A stretch of 64,000 bases of DNA from Thermoplasmata archaeon. GTDB lineage: Archaea > Thermoplasmatota > Thermoplasmata > Lutacidiplasmatales > UBA184. The notes beneath the pieces are model-generated. The model was not told the DNA's origin and did not search any database. It was given only the letters and a program-made list of their open reading frames with translations. Both the position numbers and the translations under genes were made by a program. The stretch spans positions 102,542-166,541 of the forward strand of contig JAKIVS010000001.1 of assembly GCA_022750435.1 (NCBI GenBank). The letters run 5' to 3'. Numbering within the stretch: position 1 is the first letter of the stretch; each line of letters opens with the position of its first letter. Of the stretch, positions 37,449-47,442 are shown in pieces.

Positions 37449-38861
37449 CTATCCGACGGAGCCGGTCATCTCGAGCTGGATCAGGCGGTTCAGCTCGAGG
37501 GCGTAGTCGACGGGAAGCTCCTTCGAGAACTCCGCGAGGAATCCCATCAGGATCAGGTGGATCGCGTCGTTCTCGTTGAGCCCGCGGCTCATCAGGTAGA
37601 AGATCTGCTCCTCCCCAATCTTGCCGACGACCGCCTCGTGCGTGATCGTGGCGTCCTCCTCGTGGATCTCGTTGTACGGGTAGGTGTCCGAACGGCTGTC
37701 GTCGTCCGGGAGCAGCGCATCGCAGCGGACCGCGGCCTTCACGCCCGTCGCACCGGGCGCGACGTGGAGGAGGCCCCGGTAGCTCGTCTGGCCGCCACGG
37801 ATGGCGATCGACTTCGAGATGATCTTGCTCGAGGTGTCCGGCGCGGAGTGGACGCACTTCGCCCCCGAGTCGATGATCTGGCCGGCGGAAGCGAACGCCA
37901 CCGACAGGATGTCGGCGCGAGCGCCGCGGCCACGGAGGTAGACGGAGGGGTACTTCATCGTCACGCGGCTGCCAAGGTTGCCGTCGACCCACTCGACGAG
38001 CGACTGCTCGTGGGCGACCGCGCGCTTCGTGACCAGGTTGTAGACGTTCTTCGACCAGTTCTGGACCGTCGTGTACCGGACCTTGGCGTACGGCTCGGCG
38101 ACGACTTCGACGACGGCGGCGTGGAGCGAGTTGGTGGAGTAAACCGGGGCGGTGCACCCCTCGATGTAGTGGATCTTCGCGCCCTTGTCGGCGATGATCA
38201 GCGTTCGCTCGAACTGGCCAACGTTCTTCGCGTTGATCCGGAAGTACGCCTGGAGCGGGATGCCGGCGTCGACGCCCGGCGGGATGTAGACGAAGCTGCC
38301 TCCGGACCAGACGGCGCTGTTGAGCGCCGAGAACTTGTTGTCGTTGTACGGGACGATCTTGCCGAAGTACTTGCGGACGATGTCGGGGTACTCCTTGACA
38401 GCCGTGTCGGTGTCGGTGAAGACGACGCCCTTCGCGGCGAGGTCCTCACGGATCTTGTGGTAGACGGTCCCGCTGTCGTACTGGGCGCCGACGCCGCCGA
38501 AGTACTCGCGCTCCGCCTTGGGGATGCCGAGCTTCTCGAACGTATTCTTGATGTCGGCCGGGAGGTCGTCCCAGCTCTTCTTCGCATCCCCCTCGGCCAG
38601 CGGGTTCGCGTAGTAGGTGTAGGCATCGAAGTCGATCTCGTCGAGGGACGGACCCCAGTCCGGCATGGGTCGCTCGACGAAGTGGTCGTAGGCGCGCAGC
38701 CGGTACTCGCGGAGCCACTCCGGCTCGTTCTTCAGGTCAGAGATCGCTTCGACGATCTCGCGGTTGAGGCCCTTCGCGGTCCGGACGAGGTACGTCTCGG
38801 GATCCTTGAAGTCGTACCGGGTGTAGTCGAGCGGTTGCATCTCGGGAGAACTCTGCGCCAT
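37449..38861 (-). CDS. sufB: Fe-S cluster assembly protein SufB
   Basis: GQFERTLII, YIEGCTAP, YTTVQNWS, TMKYPS, ELPVDYALE. Confidence 0.97.
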   Translation of the reverse strand: MAQSSPEMQPLDYTRYDFKDPETYLVRTAKGLNREIVEAISDLKNEPEWLREYRLRAYDHFVERPMPDWGPSLDEIDFDAYTYYANPLAEGDAKKSWDDLPADIKNTFEKLGIPKAEREYFGGVGAQYDSGTVYHKIREDLAAKGVVFTDTDTAVKEYPDIVRKYFGKIVPYNDNKFSALNSAVWSGGSFVYIPPGVDAGIPLQAYFRINAKNVGQFERTLIIADKGAKIHYIEGCTAPVYSTNSLHAAVVEVVAEPYAKVRYTTVQNWSKNVYNLVTKRAVAHEQSLVEWVDGNLGSRVTMKYPSVYLRGRGARADILSVAFASAGQIIDSGAKCVHSAPDTSSKIISKSIAIRGGQTSYRGLLHVAPGATGVKAAVRCDALLPDDDSRSDTYPYNEIHEEDATITHEAVVGKIGEEQIFYLMSRGLNENDAIHLILMGFLAEFSKELPVDYALELNRLIQLEMTGSVG

Positions 38862-39033
38862 TCGTTCGACCTCAACCGATTCCAGCACGCGGACGTATTT
38901 AAATGGTCGGTCGCTTCGTCGGCGACATCTTCGGGGCTACCGAGGAATAGGATGGGTAGCCGGTGGTTTGTAGGTCGTTCAGCGACAAACCGGTGTTGCC
39001 CCCGTGGCGGCACGGCTTCGAGAGCGAATCCGC

Positions 39034-40263
39034 CTACTGGGCAAACACCGCAATGGCCTTGCCAAGCGCGTCGACGAACCGGTCCATCTCCTCGAGCGTG
39101 TTGTAGAGGTACGGGCTCGCGCGGGAGAGCGCTGGCACTCCGAGCCGCTCCATGAGCGGCTGGGCACAGTGGTGGCCCGAGCGCACGGCGATCCCCTCGG
39201 CATCGAGGATGCTCGCCACATCGTGGGGGTGGATCCCCGTCACGGAGAAGGAGAGGACGGCTTCGCGATCCGGGCCGAGGGGAGGGCCGAGGAACCGGAC
39301 CTGGTCGCCAAACCGCTCCCGGCATCCCTGCACCGCGCGCTCGGCGAGAGCCCGCTCATGGGTCGCCAGCGTCTCCCAGCCGACGTTCTCCAGGTAGTCG
39401 AGCGCCGTCCCGAGAGCGACGGCGCCGGCGACGTTCGGTGTGCCCGCCTCGAACCGGCCCGGAGGGTCGCGATAGGTGACCCGGTCGGTGTGGACCTCGC
39501 GGATCATCTCACCGCCGCCCATGTAGGGCGGCAGGGCTTCGAGTCGTTCCTTTCGCCCCCAGAGGACGCCGATCCCGGTAGGTCCGAGCGCCTTGTGGCC
39601 GGAAAACGCGGCGAAGTCCACCCCGAGCTCCCGAACGTCGACGCGCCGGTGGGGGACCGATTGGGCGGCGTCAAGGACCACCAGGGCCCCCGCCGCGTGA
39701 GCCTTGTCGGCGATCGCCCGAACCGGGTTGACCGTGCCGAGCACGTTCGAGACGTGGGTGAGCGCAACGACCTTCGTCGGCTTCGCGAGCTTCGCCTCGA
39801 GGTCGTCCATCCGAAGTCGGCCGTGCTCGTCGATGTCGACAAATTCGAGGTCGATGCCGACCTCGGTGCGGAGGAGGTGCCACGGGACGATGTTGGAGTG
39901 ATGCTCCATCACCGTCGTGAGGACCCGGTCTCCCTTTCGGAGGAGCCCGCGGCCCAGGCCATGGGCGACGAGATTGAGCGCCTCGGTCGTGCCCCGGACG
40001 AAGACGACCTCATCGGGGTCGTCGGAGTGGAGGAACCGGGCGACGCGCGCGCGACTCCCCTCGTAGAGGGCCGTCGCCTCCTCGCTCAGTTCGTACGCGC
40101 CCCGGTGGACGTTGGCGTTGCTGCGGCGGTAAAAGTCCGACTCCGTGTCGAGCACGGTCGTCGGCTTCTGCGAGGTCGCGGCGGAATCGAGGTAGACGAG
40201 CGGGTGCCCGTGGGCCGTCCGGGAAAGGATGGGGAAGTCGTTCCGACAGTGGGCGAGGTCCAT
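39034..40263 (-). CDS. sufS: Cysteine desulfurase SufS (type II)
   Basis: YLDSAATSQKP, EHHSN, SGHK, RSGHHCAQP. Confidence 0.96.
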   Translation of the reverse strand: MDLAHCRNDFPILSRTAHGHPLVYLDSAATSQKPTTVLDTESDFYRRSNANVHRGAYELSEEATALYEGSRARVARFLHSDDPDEVVFVRGTTEALNLVAHGLGRGLLRKGDRVLTTVMEHHSNIVPWHLLRTEVGIDLEFVDIDEHGRLRMDDLEAKLAKPTKVVALTHVSNVLGTVNPVRAIADKAHAAGALVVLDAAQSVPHRRVDVRELGVDFAAFSGHKALGPTGIGVLWGRKERLEALPPYMGGGEMIREVHTDRVTYRDPPGRFEAGTPNVAGAVALGTALDYLENVGWETLATHERALAERAVQGCRERFGDQVRFLGPPLGPDREAVLSFSVTGIHPHDVASILDAEGIAVRSGHHCAQPLMERLGVPALSRASPYLYNTLEEMDRFVDALGKAIAVFAQ

Positions 40264-40291
40264 GGGGGGGTCCGGACGGACGCTCGGTCCG

Positions 40292-41068
40292 TCAGTTCCC
40301 TCCCTGGACTCCGACCCGGACCCAGTCGTACCCCTTCGCCTCGAGCTGGTCGGCGAGTTCGCGCCCGCCGGACAGGGCGATCACGCCGTCGACCATCACG
40401 TGGACTGCGTCCGGGCGGAGGTATTTCAGAATCCGTTGATAGTGCGTAATCACGAGGGTCCCGGCGTTCGGAAAGTGGAGCTTCGCGACCGTCTCCCCAA
40501 CGGAGCGGACGGCGTCGATGTCGAGCCCGCTGTCGGGCTCGTCCAGGATCGCGAAGGTCGGGGCGAGGGTCGCCATCTGGAGGACCTCGACGCGCTTCTT
40601 CTCCCCTCCGGAGAACCCCTCGTTCAGCGAGCGCTTGAGGAGCGACTCGTCCATGCCCAGGTAGGCGAGGTGCGTGCTGAGGTCCTTGCCGAACTGCGCG
40701 GCATCAGCGTCCTCGGCGGTGTGGCGCTGCATGTACGCCGTCCAGAGGAACTTGGAGAGCGAGAGTCCGGAGACCTCCTGCGGGTACTGAAACCCGAGGA
40801 ACAGACCGGCGCGGGAGCGTTGGTCGACGGTCAACTGGAGGAGGTCCTTGCCGTCCAGGAGCGCCTGGCCGGCGGTGACCTTGTACTTGGGGTGGCCCAT
40901 CAGGGCGTAGGCGAGAGTGCTCTTTCCGGAACCGTTCGGGCCCATCAGGGCGGTGAGTTCCCCGGCGCGGAGCGTGAGGTTGACCCCCTTCAGGATCTCC
41001 TTCCCCCCGACCTCCACGTGCAGGTTCCGGACGTCGAGCGTGTGGGCCGGCGGCCCCTCGGTGCTCAT
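40292..41068 (-). CDS. sufC: Fe-S assembly ATPase SufC
   Basis: MGPNGSGKST, FQYP, NEGFSGGEKKR, LDEPDSGLD, ITHY. Confidence 0.96.
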   Translation of the reverse strand: MSTEGPPAHTLDVRNLHVEVGGKEILKGVNLTLRAGELTALMGPNGSGKSTLAYALMGHPKYKVTAGQALLDGKDLLQLTVDQRSRAGLFLGFQYPQEVSGLSLSKFLWTAYMQRHTAEDADAAQFGKDLSTHLAYLGMDESLLKRSLNEGFSGGEKKRVEVLQMATLAPTFAILDEPDSGLDIDAVRSVGETVAKLHFPNAGTLVITHYQRILKYLRPDAVHVMVDGVIALSGGRELADQLEAKGYDWVRVGVQGGN

Positions 41069-41165
41069 CGCAGTTTCCACCGAGAGATTCGAGCCGATAC
41101 CCTTATTTAAGCATGGCGCGGTGTCTAAACTCCGCGGTCGATTTGGCCGCTCCGAGGGCACGGTC

Positions 41166-41813
41166 GTGGCGGCGGGCGAGATTCGCGTGGGGGAGGGAAC
41201 CCGCGGCCGTATCATCGAAGAACTCGCCGTTTCCCCGAAGACCGCCCGGGACCTGGCCCGGACACTCGGCATCCAGGAATCCGCGGCTCGGGGCCACCTC
41301 GACCGGCTTGAGGACCGCGGGATCGTGGTCCCCACGTTCCGTCGGGAAGGCGTTGGACGACCCCGAAAGCGGTACCTCCTGACCCCCCAGGGCCAGGAGT
41401 TGTTTCCCCGTCGCTACGAGCTCCTGTTGGACTCGGTCATGGAGGAGCTCCTCTCCAGCGAAGGCGAGGGATTCGTCTCCGCCCTGTTCGCCGAGGCGGC
41501 GAAACGGATGGCGAAGCAGATCGTCCGCGAGGTCCCCAACGACGCGTCGGCCCACGACCGGGCCAAGGCGCTCGCCGGGGCTCTCAACAACCTCGGGTTC
41601 CGGTGCACCGTCGAGTCGACACCAGGCGGCAGCCTCAAGATTGTCCGGACGAACTGCGTCTTCCGGCACAACGCCCTCACCCACTCCTACCTGCTCTGTG
41701 AGGTGTTCGACAAGCACCTCACCGAGGAGCTCCTCGGCCAGGTGGGGCTCGACCTCCAGGATTCGATCACGCGGGGCGGGATGCAGTGCACCCACCTCAT
41801 CCAGCTGCGCTGA
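41166..41813 (+). CDS. SufR-like wHTH transcriptional regulator
   Basis: N-terminal HTH with GRP and FPRRY, three C-terminal Cys (TNCVF, LLCE, MQC). Divergent from sufC. Confidence 0.8.
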   Translation: MAAGEIRVGEGTRGRIIEELAVSPKTARDLARTLGIQESAARGHLDRLEDRGIVVPTFRREGVGRPRKRYLLTPQGQELFPRRYELLLDSVMEELLSSEGEGFVSALFAEAAKRMAKQIVREVPNDASAHDRAKALAGALNNLGFRCTVESTPGGSLKIVRTNCVFRHNALTHSYLLCEVFDKHLTEELLGQVGLDLQDSITRGGMQCTHLIQLR

Positions 41814-41922
41814 CGGGCCCGAACGGGAGGGCCGTTCGGGCGGACTTCGCCTTCCGCTGGTCCGGGCACTTTCAAGAGCGCCCCGCCGATGAGGCGCGGG
41901 ATACCCTTTCACCGAAGAGCCG

Positions 41923-42414
41923 ATGCAGGTCCCAGTGAACCGGCAACCGCCCCGGGTTGATCTCCTTCGCTCCGTCCCCGCGGACCTACGCCGGATCGGC
42001 CGGCGCCGGTACCCGAACGAAACCGGCGGGGTGCTTCTGGGTCGAACCCGCCCGGGCGGCGCGTGCCGCATCTGGAGGGCCATCGAACTCGTCGACCGGG
42101 GGGCAACGACGAGCCACTACTCCGCGGATCCCGTCCAAGTTCGGCAGCTCATTTTCCGACAGACTACGGAGGAAGGGTCGATCGTCGGGTTCTTCCACAC
42201 GCATCCGGACGGACCATGCACGCCCTCCGCACTCGATACCCGCGCGGCGGGAGTCGGCTACCTCTACGTGATTGCCAGTGCTCGCGGGGACCTCCACCAG
42301 CTCAAGCTGTATCAGCGGCCGGGTCCAGACACTCCATTGATCGAACAAGGTTTCCGACTCGTGCCGCCTCCTCGACGACCGGCGACGGACCGGACGGGCG
42401 GGGGATCGACGTGA
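41923..42414 (+). CDS. JAMM/MPN+ (Mov34, M67) metallo-isopeptidase
   Basis: YPNETGG and FHTHPDGPCTPSALD (HxH-x7-S-x2-D). Confidence 0.88.
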   Translation: MQVPVNRQPPRVDLLRSVPADLRRIGRRRYPNETGGVLLGRTRPGGACRIWRAIELVDRGATTSHYSADPVQVRQLIFRQTTEEGSIVGFFHTHPDGPCTPSALDTRAAGVGYLYVIASARGDLHQLKLYQRPGPDTPLIEQGFRLVPPPRRPATDRTGGGST

Positions 42415-43865
42415 GCGCAAAACCCGTCGGACCGCGGGTCGAGCTTCCCCCCAACCTCCGTTCGCTGGTCGACGACCTTCCCGACGAGCTGCGCGTCCCG
42501 GGCAACACCGTCGAGGAGGTCCTGCATGCTCTCGTCGGGCAGTTTCCCGACCTCCAGCACCATGTGTTCTCCCCCTCGGGCGCGATCCGGACGAGCGTCC
42601 TCGTCCTGGTCAACGACGACGACATCCGCTATCGGCAACGGGGGCGAACCGCGGTCACGCCGAACGACCGCATCGTCCTGGTTCCGGCGCTCGCCGGCGG
42701 AGCTCCCCGGAAGCGCACGCGCACTCCGTCCAATTCGGCCCTCTCCCCGAGCGAACGCCACCGGTACAGTCGGCACCTCCTCCTTCCCGAGGTCGGAGAG
42801 GCCGGTCAACTGCGCCTCCGGAAGGCCCACGTGCTCCTCGTGGGAGCCGGAGGTCTCGGCGCACCCGCGGCGCTCTATCTCGCGGCGGCGGGCGTTGGAA
42901 CGATTGGGCTCGTCGACGGCGATGTGGTGGAGGCGTCAAACCTCCAGCGCCAGGTGCTGTACGAGACCGGTTCGGTCGGTCGGTCGAAGACGGCCGAGGC
43001 GTCGCGTCGCGTCCGCGCCCTCAACCCGCATGTGCGCGTCGTGCAACACCGAGTTCGGCTCAGCTCCAAGAACGCGCTCCTGATCCTTCGCCAGTACGAT
43101 GTCGTCCTCGACGGCACCGACAACTTTCCCACCCGGTATCTCGTGAACGATGCCTGTGTCCTGCTTCGGAAGCCGGACGTGTACGGCTCCGTCTACCGGT
43201 TCGAGGGTCAGGTTTCGGTGTTCGACGCCCGACACGGTCCGTGCTACCGATGCCTGTTCCCCGAGCCCCCGCCGCCCGAACTCGTGCCCTCCTGCGCCGA
43301 GGGAGGCGTCCTCGGTGTGGTCCCGGGAGTGGTCGGGATTTGGCAGGCGACCGAAGCACTGAAGCTTCTCCTCAAGGTCGGAGACCCGCTCATCGGTCGA
43401 CTGCTCCTGCTCGACACACTCTCGGGCAGCACGCGCGAGGTCCGAGTCCGCAAGGACCCGCGGTGCCCCGTCTGTGGAACGACGCCCACGCAGACGGGGC
43501 TCATCGATTACCCCGCATTCTGCGGCGTGTCGGAGCCGGCTCCCCGAGTCCCCCTGATCGACCCCACCGCCCTTGCCAGGGAGTTGAAGACCTCCGCGCC
43601 TCCGGTGCTCGTGGACGTCCGCGAGCCCGGCGAGTGGGCGATTGCCCACCTCCCGAAGGCGCGGCTCGTTCCGAAGGGGACGCTCGCGGACCGGCTGAGC
43701 TCCCTTCCGAAGAATCGGGCGGTCGTCGTCTATTGCAAATCCGGCCGCCGGTCGGCCGACGCCGTCCGGCTGCTGCTCGACCGGGGATTCGTGCGGGTGC
43801 GCTCGCTGGCGGGCGGGATTGACGCCTGGGCCGACACCGTCGACCCGAAGATGCCGCGATACTGA
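42411..43865 (+). CDS. moeB: Ubiquitin-like (MoaD/ThiS/SAMP)-MoeB/ThiF E1-rhodanese fusion
   Basis: VLVNDDDIR...LVPALAGG, then RYSRH, GAGGLG, SNLQRQ, CYRC, CAEGG, CPVC, and rhodanese YCKSGRRS...LAGGI. Confidence 0.9.
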   Translation: MSAKPVGPRVELPPNLRSLVDDLPDELRVPGNTVEEVLHALVGQFPDLQHHVFSPSGAIRTSVLVLVNDDDIRYRQRGRTAVTPNDRIVLVPALAGGAPRKRTRTPSNSALSPSERHRYSRHLLLPEVGEAGQLRLRKAHVLLVGAGGLGAPAALYLAAAGVGTIGLVDGDVVEASNLQRQVLYETGSVGRSKTAEASRRVRALNPHVRVVQHRVRLSSKNALLILRQYDVVLDGTDNFPTRYLVNDACVLLRKPDVYGSVYRFEGQVSVFDARHGPCYRCLFPEPPPPELVPSCAEGGVLGVVPGVVGIWQATEALKLLLKVGDPLIGRLLLLDTLSGSTREVRVRKDPRCPVCGTTPTQTGLIDYPAFCGVSEPAPRVPLIDPTALARELKTSAPPVLVDVREPGEWAIAHLPKARLVPKGTLADRLSSLPKNRAVVVYCKSGRRSADAVRLLLDRGFVRVRSLAGGIDAWADTVDPKMPRY

Positions 43866-43905
43866 GAGCCCCAACGCACCAGGGTCGGGTCGAGAATCGA
43901 ATCGT

Positions 43906-44439
43906 TCAGCCGAGCGACCGATCCGGAGAGAAGCTCGAGAGACCCACGGTTGGGTTGTACGAGCGGACCCGTCGCGAGAGTTCCACGGCGAACTCTTCCG
44001 GGCGCTTCGGGGAGACGAACAGCGGAACGTCCCCCGCCGTGACCAGGATCCCGGCGGAGACGGTGTGGATGGCGTCGAAGGTGTGGATCAGCGGGCTCCA
44101 CATCCGGCCCCGCCACCCCCACCCCCCGAAGAAGCTGACCGGACCGAGGTCCCGCAGGTTCGCGAACTCCAGCATCCGGACCTGGTCGAGGGGGATGGTC
44201 CGGGACCCGAAGATGCGGCGCGCGTAGAGCGCCCGGTCGTCGAGGACGTAGTACGTTGAGAGATTGCGCGCCAAGAAGAGGAACATGACGCCGATGAGGA
44301 ACTCGGGAACGATCGGGTTCGAGGTGAAGGAGGCGCGATTCGTGGCGTAGACGATGATGATTACGAGAAAGAGGTACAGCCCGACCACCCCCACCGAGAC
44401 CGGGGCCCCCACCCGGACGCGTCCGGTTCCAGTGCTCAT
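43906..44439 (-). CDS. Membrane protein with a PH-like domain
   Basis: Two TM helices, then GWGW and FVSPKRPEEF, resembling bacterial PH domains. Confidence 0.6.
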   Translation of the reverse strand: MSTGTGRVRVGAPVSVGVVGLYLFLVIIIVYATNRASFTSNPIVPEFLIGVMFLFLARNLSTYYVLDDRALYARRIFGSRTIPLDQVRMLEFANLRDLGPVSFFGGWGWRGRMWSPLIHTFDAIHTVSAGILVTAGDVPLFVSPKRPEEFAVELSRRVRSYNPTVGLSSFSPDRSLG

Positions 44440-44530
44440 GGCGGGGAACGACGTGGCACGCTTCCCTTAAGGATTCCACGGCGCCCTTGCGCAACCAGCA
44501 CTCGGTCCACGAGGATTCGCCAACGCCGAG

Positions 44531-44890
44531 TCACGTTCGGGACTTCGGCCTCTTCGCAGGGAGCTGGGCGGCGTACTGGATCGAGCGTGCGACCCACGGA
44601 GCGGCCCTCTTGGAATCCTTCCAGACCGCCTCGGGGAGCGCGACATACTCGCGCATCGGCCGCCCCGGCATCGGCTCGAACGGCGTTGCCTGAAGATCCT
44701 TCGCCGCAGAGGCCCGGTCCGCTTCGGAGAGCCGCACGATCAACTCGGACCCAAAGACGCAGAAGAACATGTTTCCGCCGACGAACGCGGCGGGTTGGCC
44801 GAACACGGGCCGGCGTGTGACGCCGGGACGCCTCGGGAGGAGAGCCTCGAAGGCGGCGACGGTGGCCGGAGCTGGCTTCGGTATCCCCAT
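44531..44890 (-). CDS. TfoX/Sxy N-terminal domain protein
   Basis: RPVFG, FVGGNMF, FEPMPGRPMREYV, LPAK. Confidence 0.82.
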   Translation of the reverse strand: MGIPKPAPATVAAFEALLPRRPGVTRRPVFGQPAAFVGGNMFFCVFGSELIVRLSEADRASAAKDLQATPFEPMPGRPMREYVALPEAVWKDSKRAAPWVARSIQYAAQLPAKRPKSRT

Positions 44891-44960
44891 GGTCGATGCG
44901 AGCCGGAACCCCGCCGGGTCCTAAAGCCACCGGCGGTCCACCGCCGATCCGTCCCGTGGC

Positions 44961-46739
44961 TTAGGCGGCGGCTTCGTAGTAGAACTCGCCGCGTTCGCGC
45001 TGCTCGCGGTCGAGGACCGACCCTTCCCGGTTGATGCGGGGTCGCAGCGTCTCGGCGTCCCGGCGGAACGTCACCTGCACGTCCTTGAGCAGGTGGTTCA
45101 TCCCCGCCCGCATCGCGAACGGTCCGGAGCCCACGCCGGCCGAACCGTCCTTCCCCTCGGAGCGGAACACCATCAAGGCGTCGCAGGCGAGGTCGAGGAA
45201 GTACACGTCGTGGTCGACCACGAGCGCGCTCACGGCCTGGCGCTCGACCTGGCGGCGGATCAGCTTCGCCATCGCGATCCGTTCGTCGGCGTCGAGGTAG
45301 GCCGACGGTTCATCGAGGAGGTACAACGTGGCCGGCCGCGCCAAGGCGAGGGCGACGGCCGCGCGCTGCAACTCCCCGCCCGAGAGGTCCGGCAGCGCCA
45401 CGTCGAGCAGGTTGTCGAGGTGAAGCCCGGGAACGAGGTCGCGCTCGAAGAGGCTCCCGTCGAACGTCGGGTCTCCTCGGAGCGCTTCGAGGCGCTCCCG
45501 GAGGCTCGCCGCGTTGGTCGCCTTCAGGTACTGCGGCTTGTAGCTCACGGTCACCCCCTTCGGGGGTGCGCCGGCCGTAGGAACCTCGGCGCCCGCGAGC
45601 ATGCGGACGAACGTCGTCTTTCCGGTCGCGTTCGGACCGACGATGCCGACGGTCTCCCCCTTCGCGAGCTCGCCCGCTCCGACCGAGAGGTGGAACCGGT
45701 CGAATTTCTTCTCGAGCGGGTCGAACGCGACGAGCACGTTCGTGCGCGTGGGGAGCTTCGGAGGGTGCGCGACGAACCGGACCGGTTCGGTCCGGAAGCG
45801 CACGTTCTCGTCCTTCAGATAGCCGTTCAGGTAGGTGTTGATCGCGCTGCGCATCGCGATCGGGTGGGAGATCACGCCGAACGCCGCCTCCTCGCCGTAG
45901 ACGAGATGGGCCTGGTCGGCCAGGTAATCGAGGAGCGCGAGGTCGTGCTCGACCACGACCACGCTCTTCCGCTCGCCGAGCGCGCGCAGGAGGCGAGCCA
46001 CCTGCAAGCGGTGCACGATGTCGAGGTAGCTCGACGGCTCGTCGACGAGGTACAGGTCGGCGTCGGTTCCGATCGTCCGGGCGATGGCGAGCAACTGGAG
46101 CTCGCCGCCCGAGAGTTCGGCGATCGGCCGCTCGGCCTTCCCCTCGAGTCCGACCGACGAAAGTGCCGGACCCGGTTCCACGGCCGACCGCGCGAGGAAC
46201 TCCTCGGCGGTGCCGCCCTCCTCCACGAGCCGGTCGACGTACTGCGGTTTGAACACCGCACGGAGTTCGCCCCGGGCGATCTTCTCGAAGTGGGCGTGCA
46301 TCGCCGTTCCCCGGTACCGGTCCAGCACCTCCTCCCAATTCGGGGGCTTGTCATACCGGCCGAGATTCGGTCTCTCGACCCCGGCGAGGACCCGGAGCGC
46401 CGTCGACTTGCCCGTGCCGTTGGGGCCGAGAATCCCGGTGATCCCCTTCGTCGGCGGAAGGGGGAGCCGGTAGAGTCGGAAGCCGTTGTACCCGTACCGG
46501 TGGACGATCTCGCGCTCGTCGGCCTCGGGCGTGTTGAGGATCTTGATCGCATCGAACGGGCACTTGTGCACGCAGATGCCGCAGCCGATGCAGAGCGTCT
46601 CGGAGATGACCGGGCGGCCGTCGGTCCCCTCCACGATGCACTCCTGGCCCATCCGGACCGGCGGGCAGTACGCCTGGCATTCCCACTGGCACTCCTTCGG
46701 GTGGCAGCGGTCGCGGAGCAGGATGGCGATCCGGGCCAT
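44961..46739 (-). CDS. abcE1: Ribosome recycling ATPase ABCE1 (RLI)
   Basis: N-terminal Fe-S Cys cluster, HRYGYNGFRL, two ABC cassettes with LSGGELQ, RPRIN...EFYY. Confidence 0.97.
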   Translation of the reverse strand: MARIAILLRDRCHPKECQWECQAYCPPVRMGQECIVEGTDGRPVISETLCIGCGICVHKCPFDAIKILNTPEADEREIVHRYGYNGFRLYRLPLPPTKGITGILGPNGTGKSTALRVLAGVERPNLGRYDKPPNWEEVLDRYRGTAMHAHFEKIARGELRAVFKPQYVDRLVEEGGTAEEFLARSAVEPGPALSSVGLEGKAERPIAELSGGELQLLAIARTIGTDADLYLVDEPSSYLDIVHRLQVARLLRALGERKSVVVVEHDLALLDYLADQAHLVYGEEAAFGVISHPIAMRSAINTYLNGYLKDENVRFRTEPVRFVAHPPKLPTRTNVLVAFDPLEKKFDRFHLSVGAGELAKGETVGIVGPNATGKTTFVRMLAGAEVPTAGAPPKGVTVSYKPQYLKATNAASLRERLEALRGDPTFDGSLFERDLVPGLHLDNLLDVALPDLSGGELQRAAVALALARPATLYLLDEPSAYLDADERIAMAKLIRRQVERQAVSALVVDHDVYFLDLACDALMVFRSEGKDGSAGVGSGPFAMRAGMNHLLKDVQVTFRRDAETLRPRINREGSVLDREQRERGEFYYEAAA

Positions 46740-46740
46740 C

Positions 46741-47442
46741 TCACGCCTCCCGGGTGTCGCCCACGATCCGGCCGTCGGCCATCGTCAGGTGGCGGGTCGC
46801 CCGCCGAGCGACGGCGGGGTTGTGAGTCACCAGCACCAGGCTCGCCCCCGTGGTGTGCTGGGCCTCGACGAGCAGGTCGAGCACCGACTCGGTGTTGGCC
46901 CGGTCGAGCTCCCCCGTCGGCTCGTCGGCGAGGAGCAGCCCCGGCTCGTTCGCGAGAGCACGGGCGATGGCCACCCGCTGCTCCTCCCCGCCGGAGAGCT
47001 GGTGGGGGCGGGAGTGCCGGCGTCCGGTGAGACCGACCGACTCGAGGAGCGCCCGTGCCCGCGCGGTCCGCTCGGCGGCCGGCCGGCCCGCGCCGCGCAT
47101 AGGCAGGGCGACGTTCTCCTCGGCGGTCAAGGTCGGGAGCAGGTAGAACCGTTGAAAGATGAAGCCGACCCCGGTCAGCCGCCGGCGGGCACGCTCCCGT
47201 TCCGGGAGCCGTCCCACGGGGGTCCCGTCCCACTCGACCGTGCCCGCGCTCGGGACGTCCAGGAGGCCGAGCAGGTTGAGGAGGGTCGTCTTGCCGCACC
47301 CGGACGGTCCCTCCACGCTGACGAAGCTGCCCGGTGACATCTGGAGGTCCACCCCGTCGAGGGCACGGACCTCGGTCGCCCCGTCTCCGTAGGTCTTGCG
47401 GACCCCGCGGAACGAGAGTGCAGGCGCTTTGGTCCGATTCAT
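46741..47442 (-). CDS. ABC transporter ATPase (LolD/MacB type)
   Basis: [26 protein letters not shown]. Confidence 0.92.
   Translation of the reverse strand: MNRTKAPALSFRGVRKTYGDGATEVRALDGVDLQMSPGSFVSVEGPSGCGKTTLLNLLGLLDVPSAGTVEWDGTPVGRLPERERARRRLTGVGFIFQRFYLLPTLTAEENVALPMRGAGRPAAERTARARALLESVGLTGRRHSRPHQLSGGEEQRVAIARALANEPGLLLADEPTGELDRANTESVLDLLVEAQHTTGASLVLVTHNPAVARRATRHLTMADGRIVGDTREA

Noticed and set aside
41100..41135. Shared operator (GTGTCTAAA versus GTGTGTAAA upstream of sufD)
   Set aside because: Too short and degenerate to support without a motif search.
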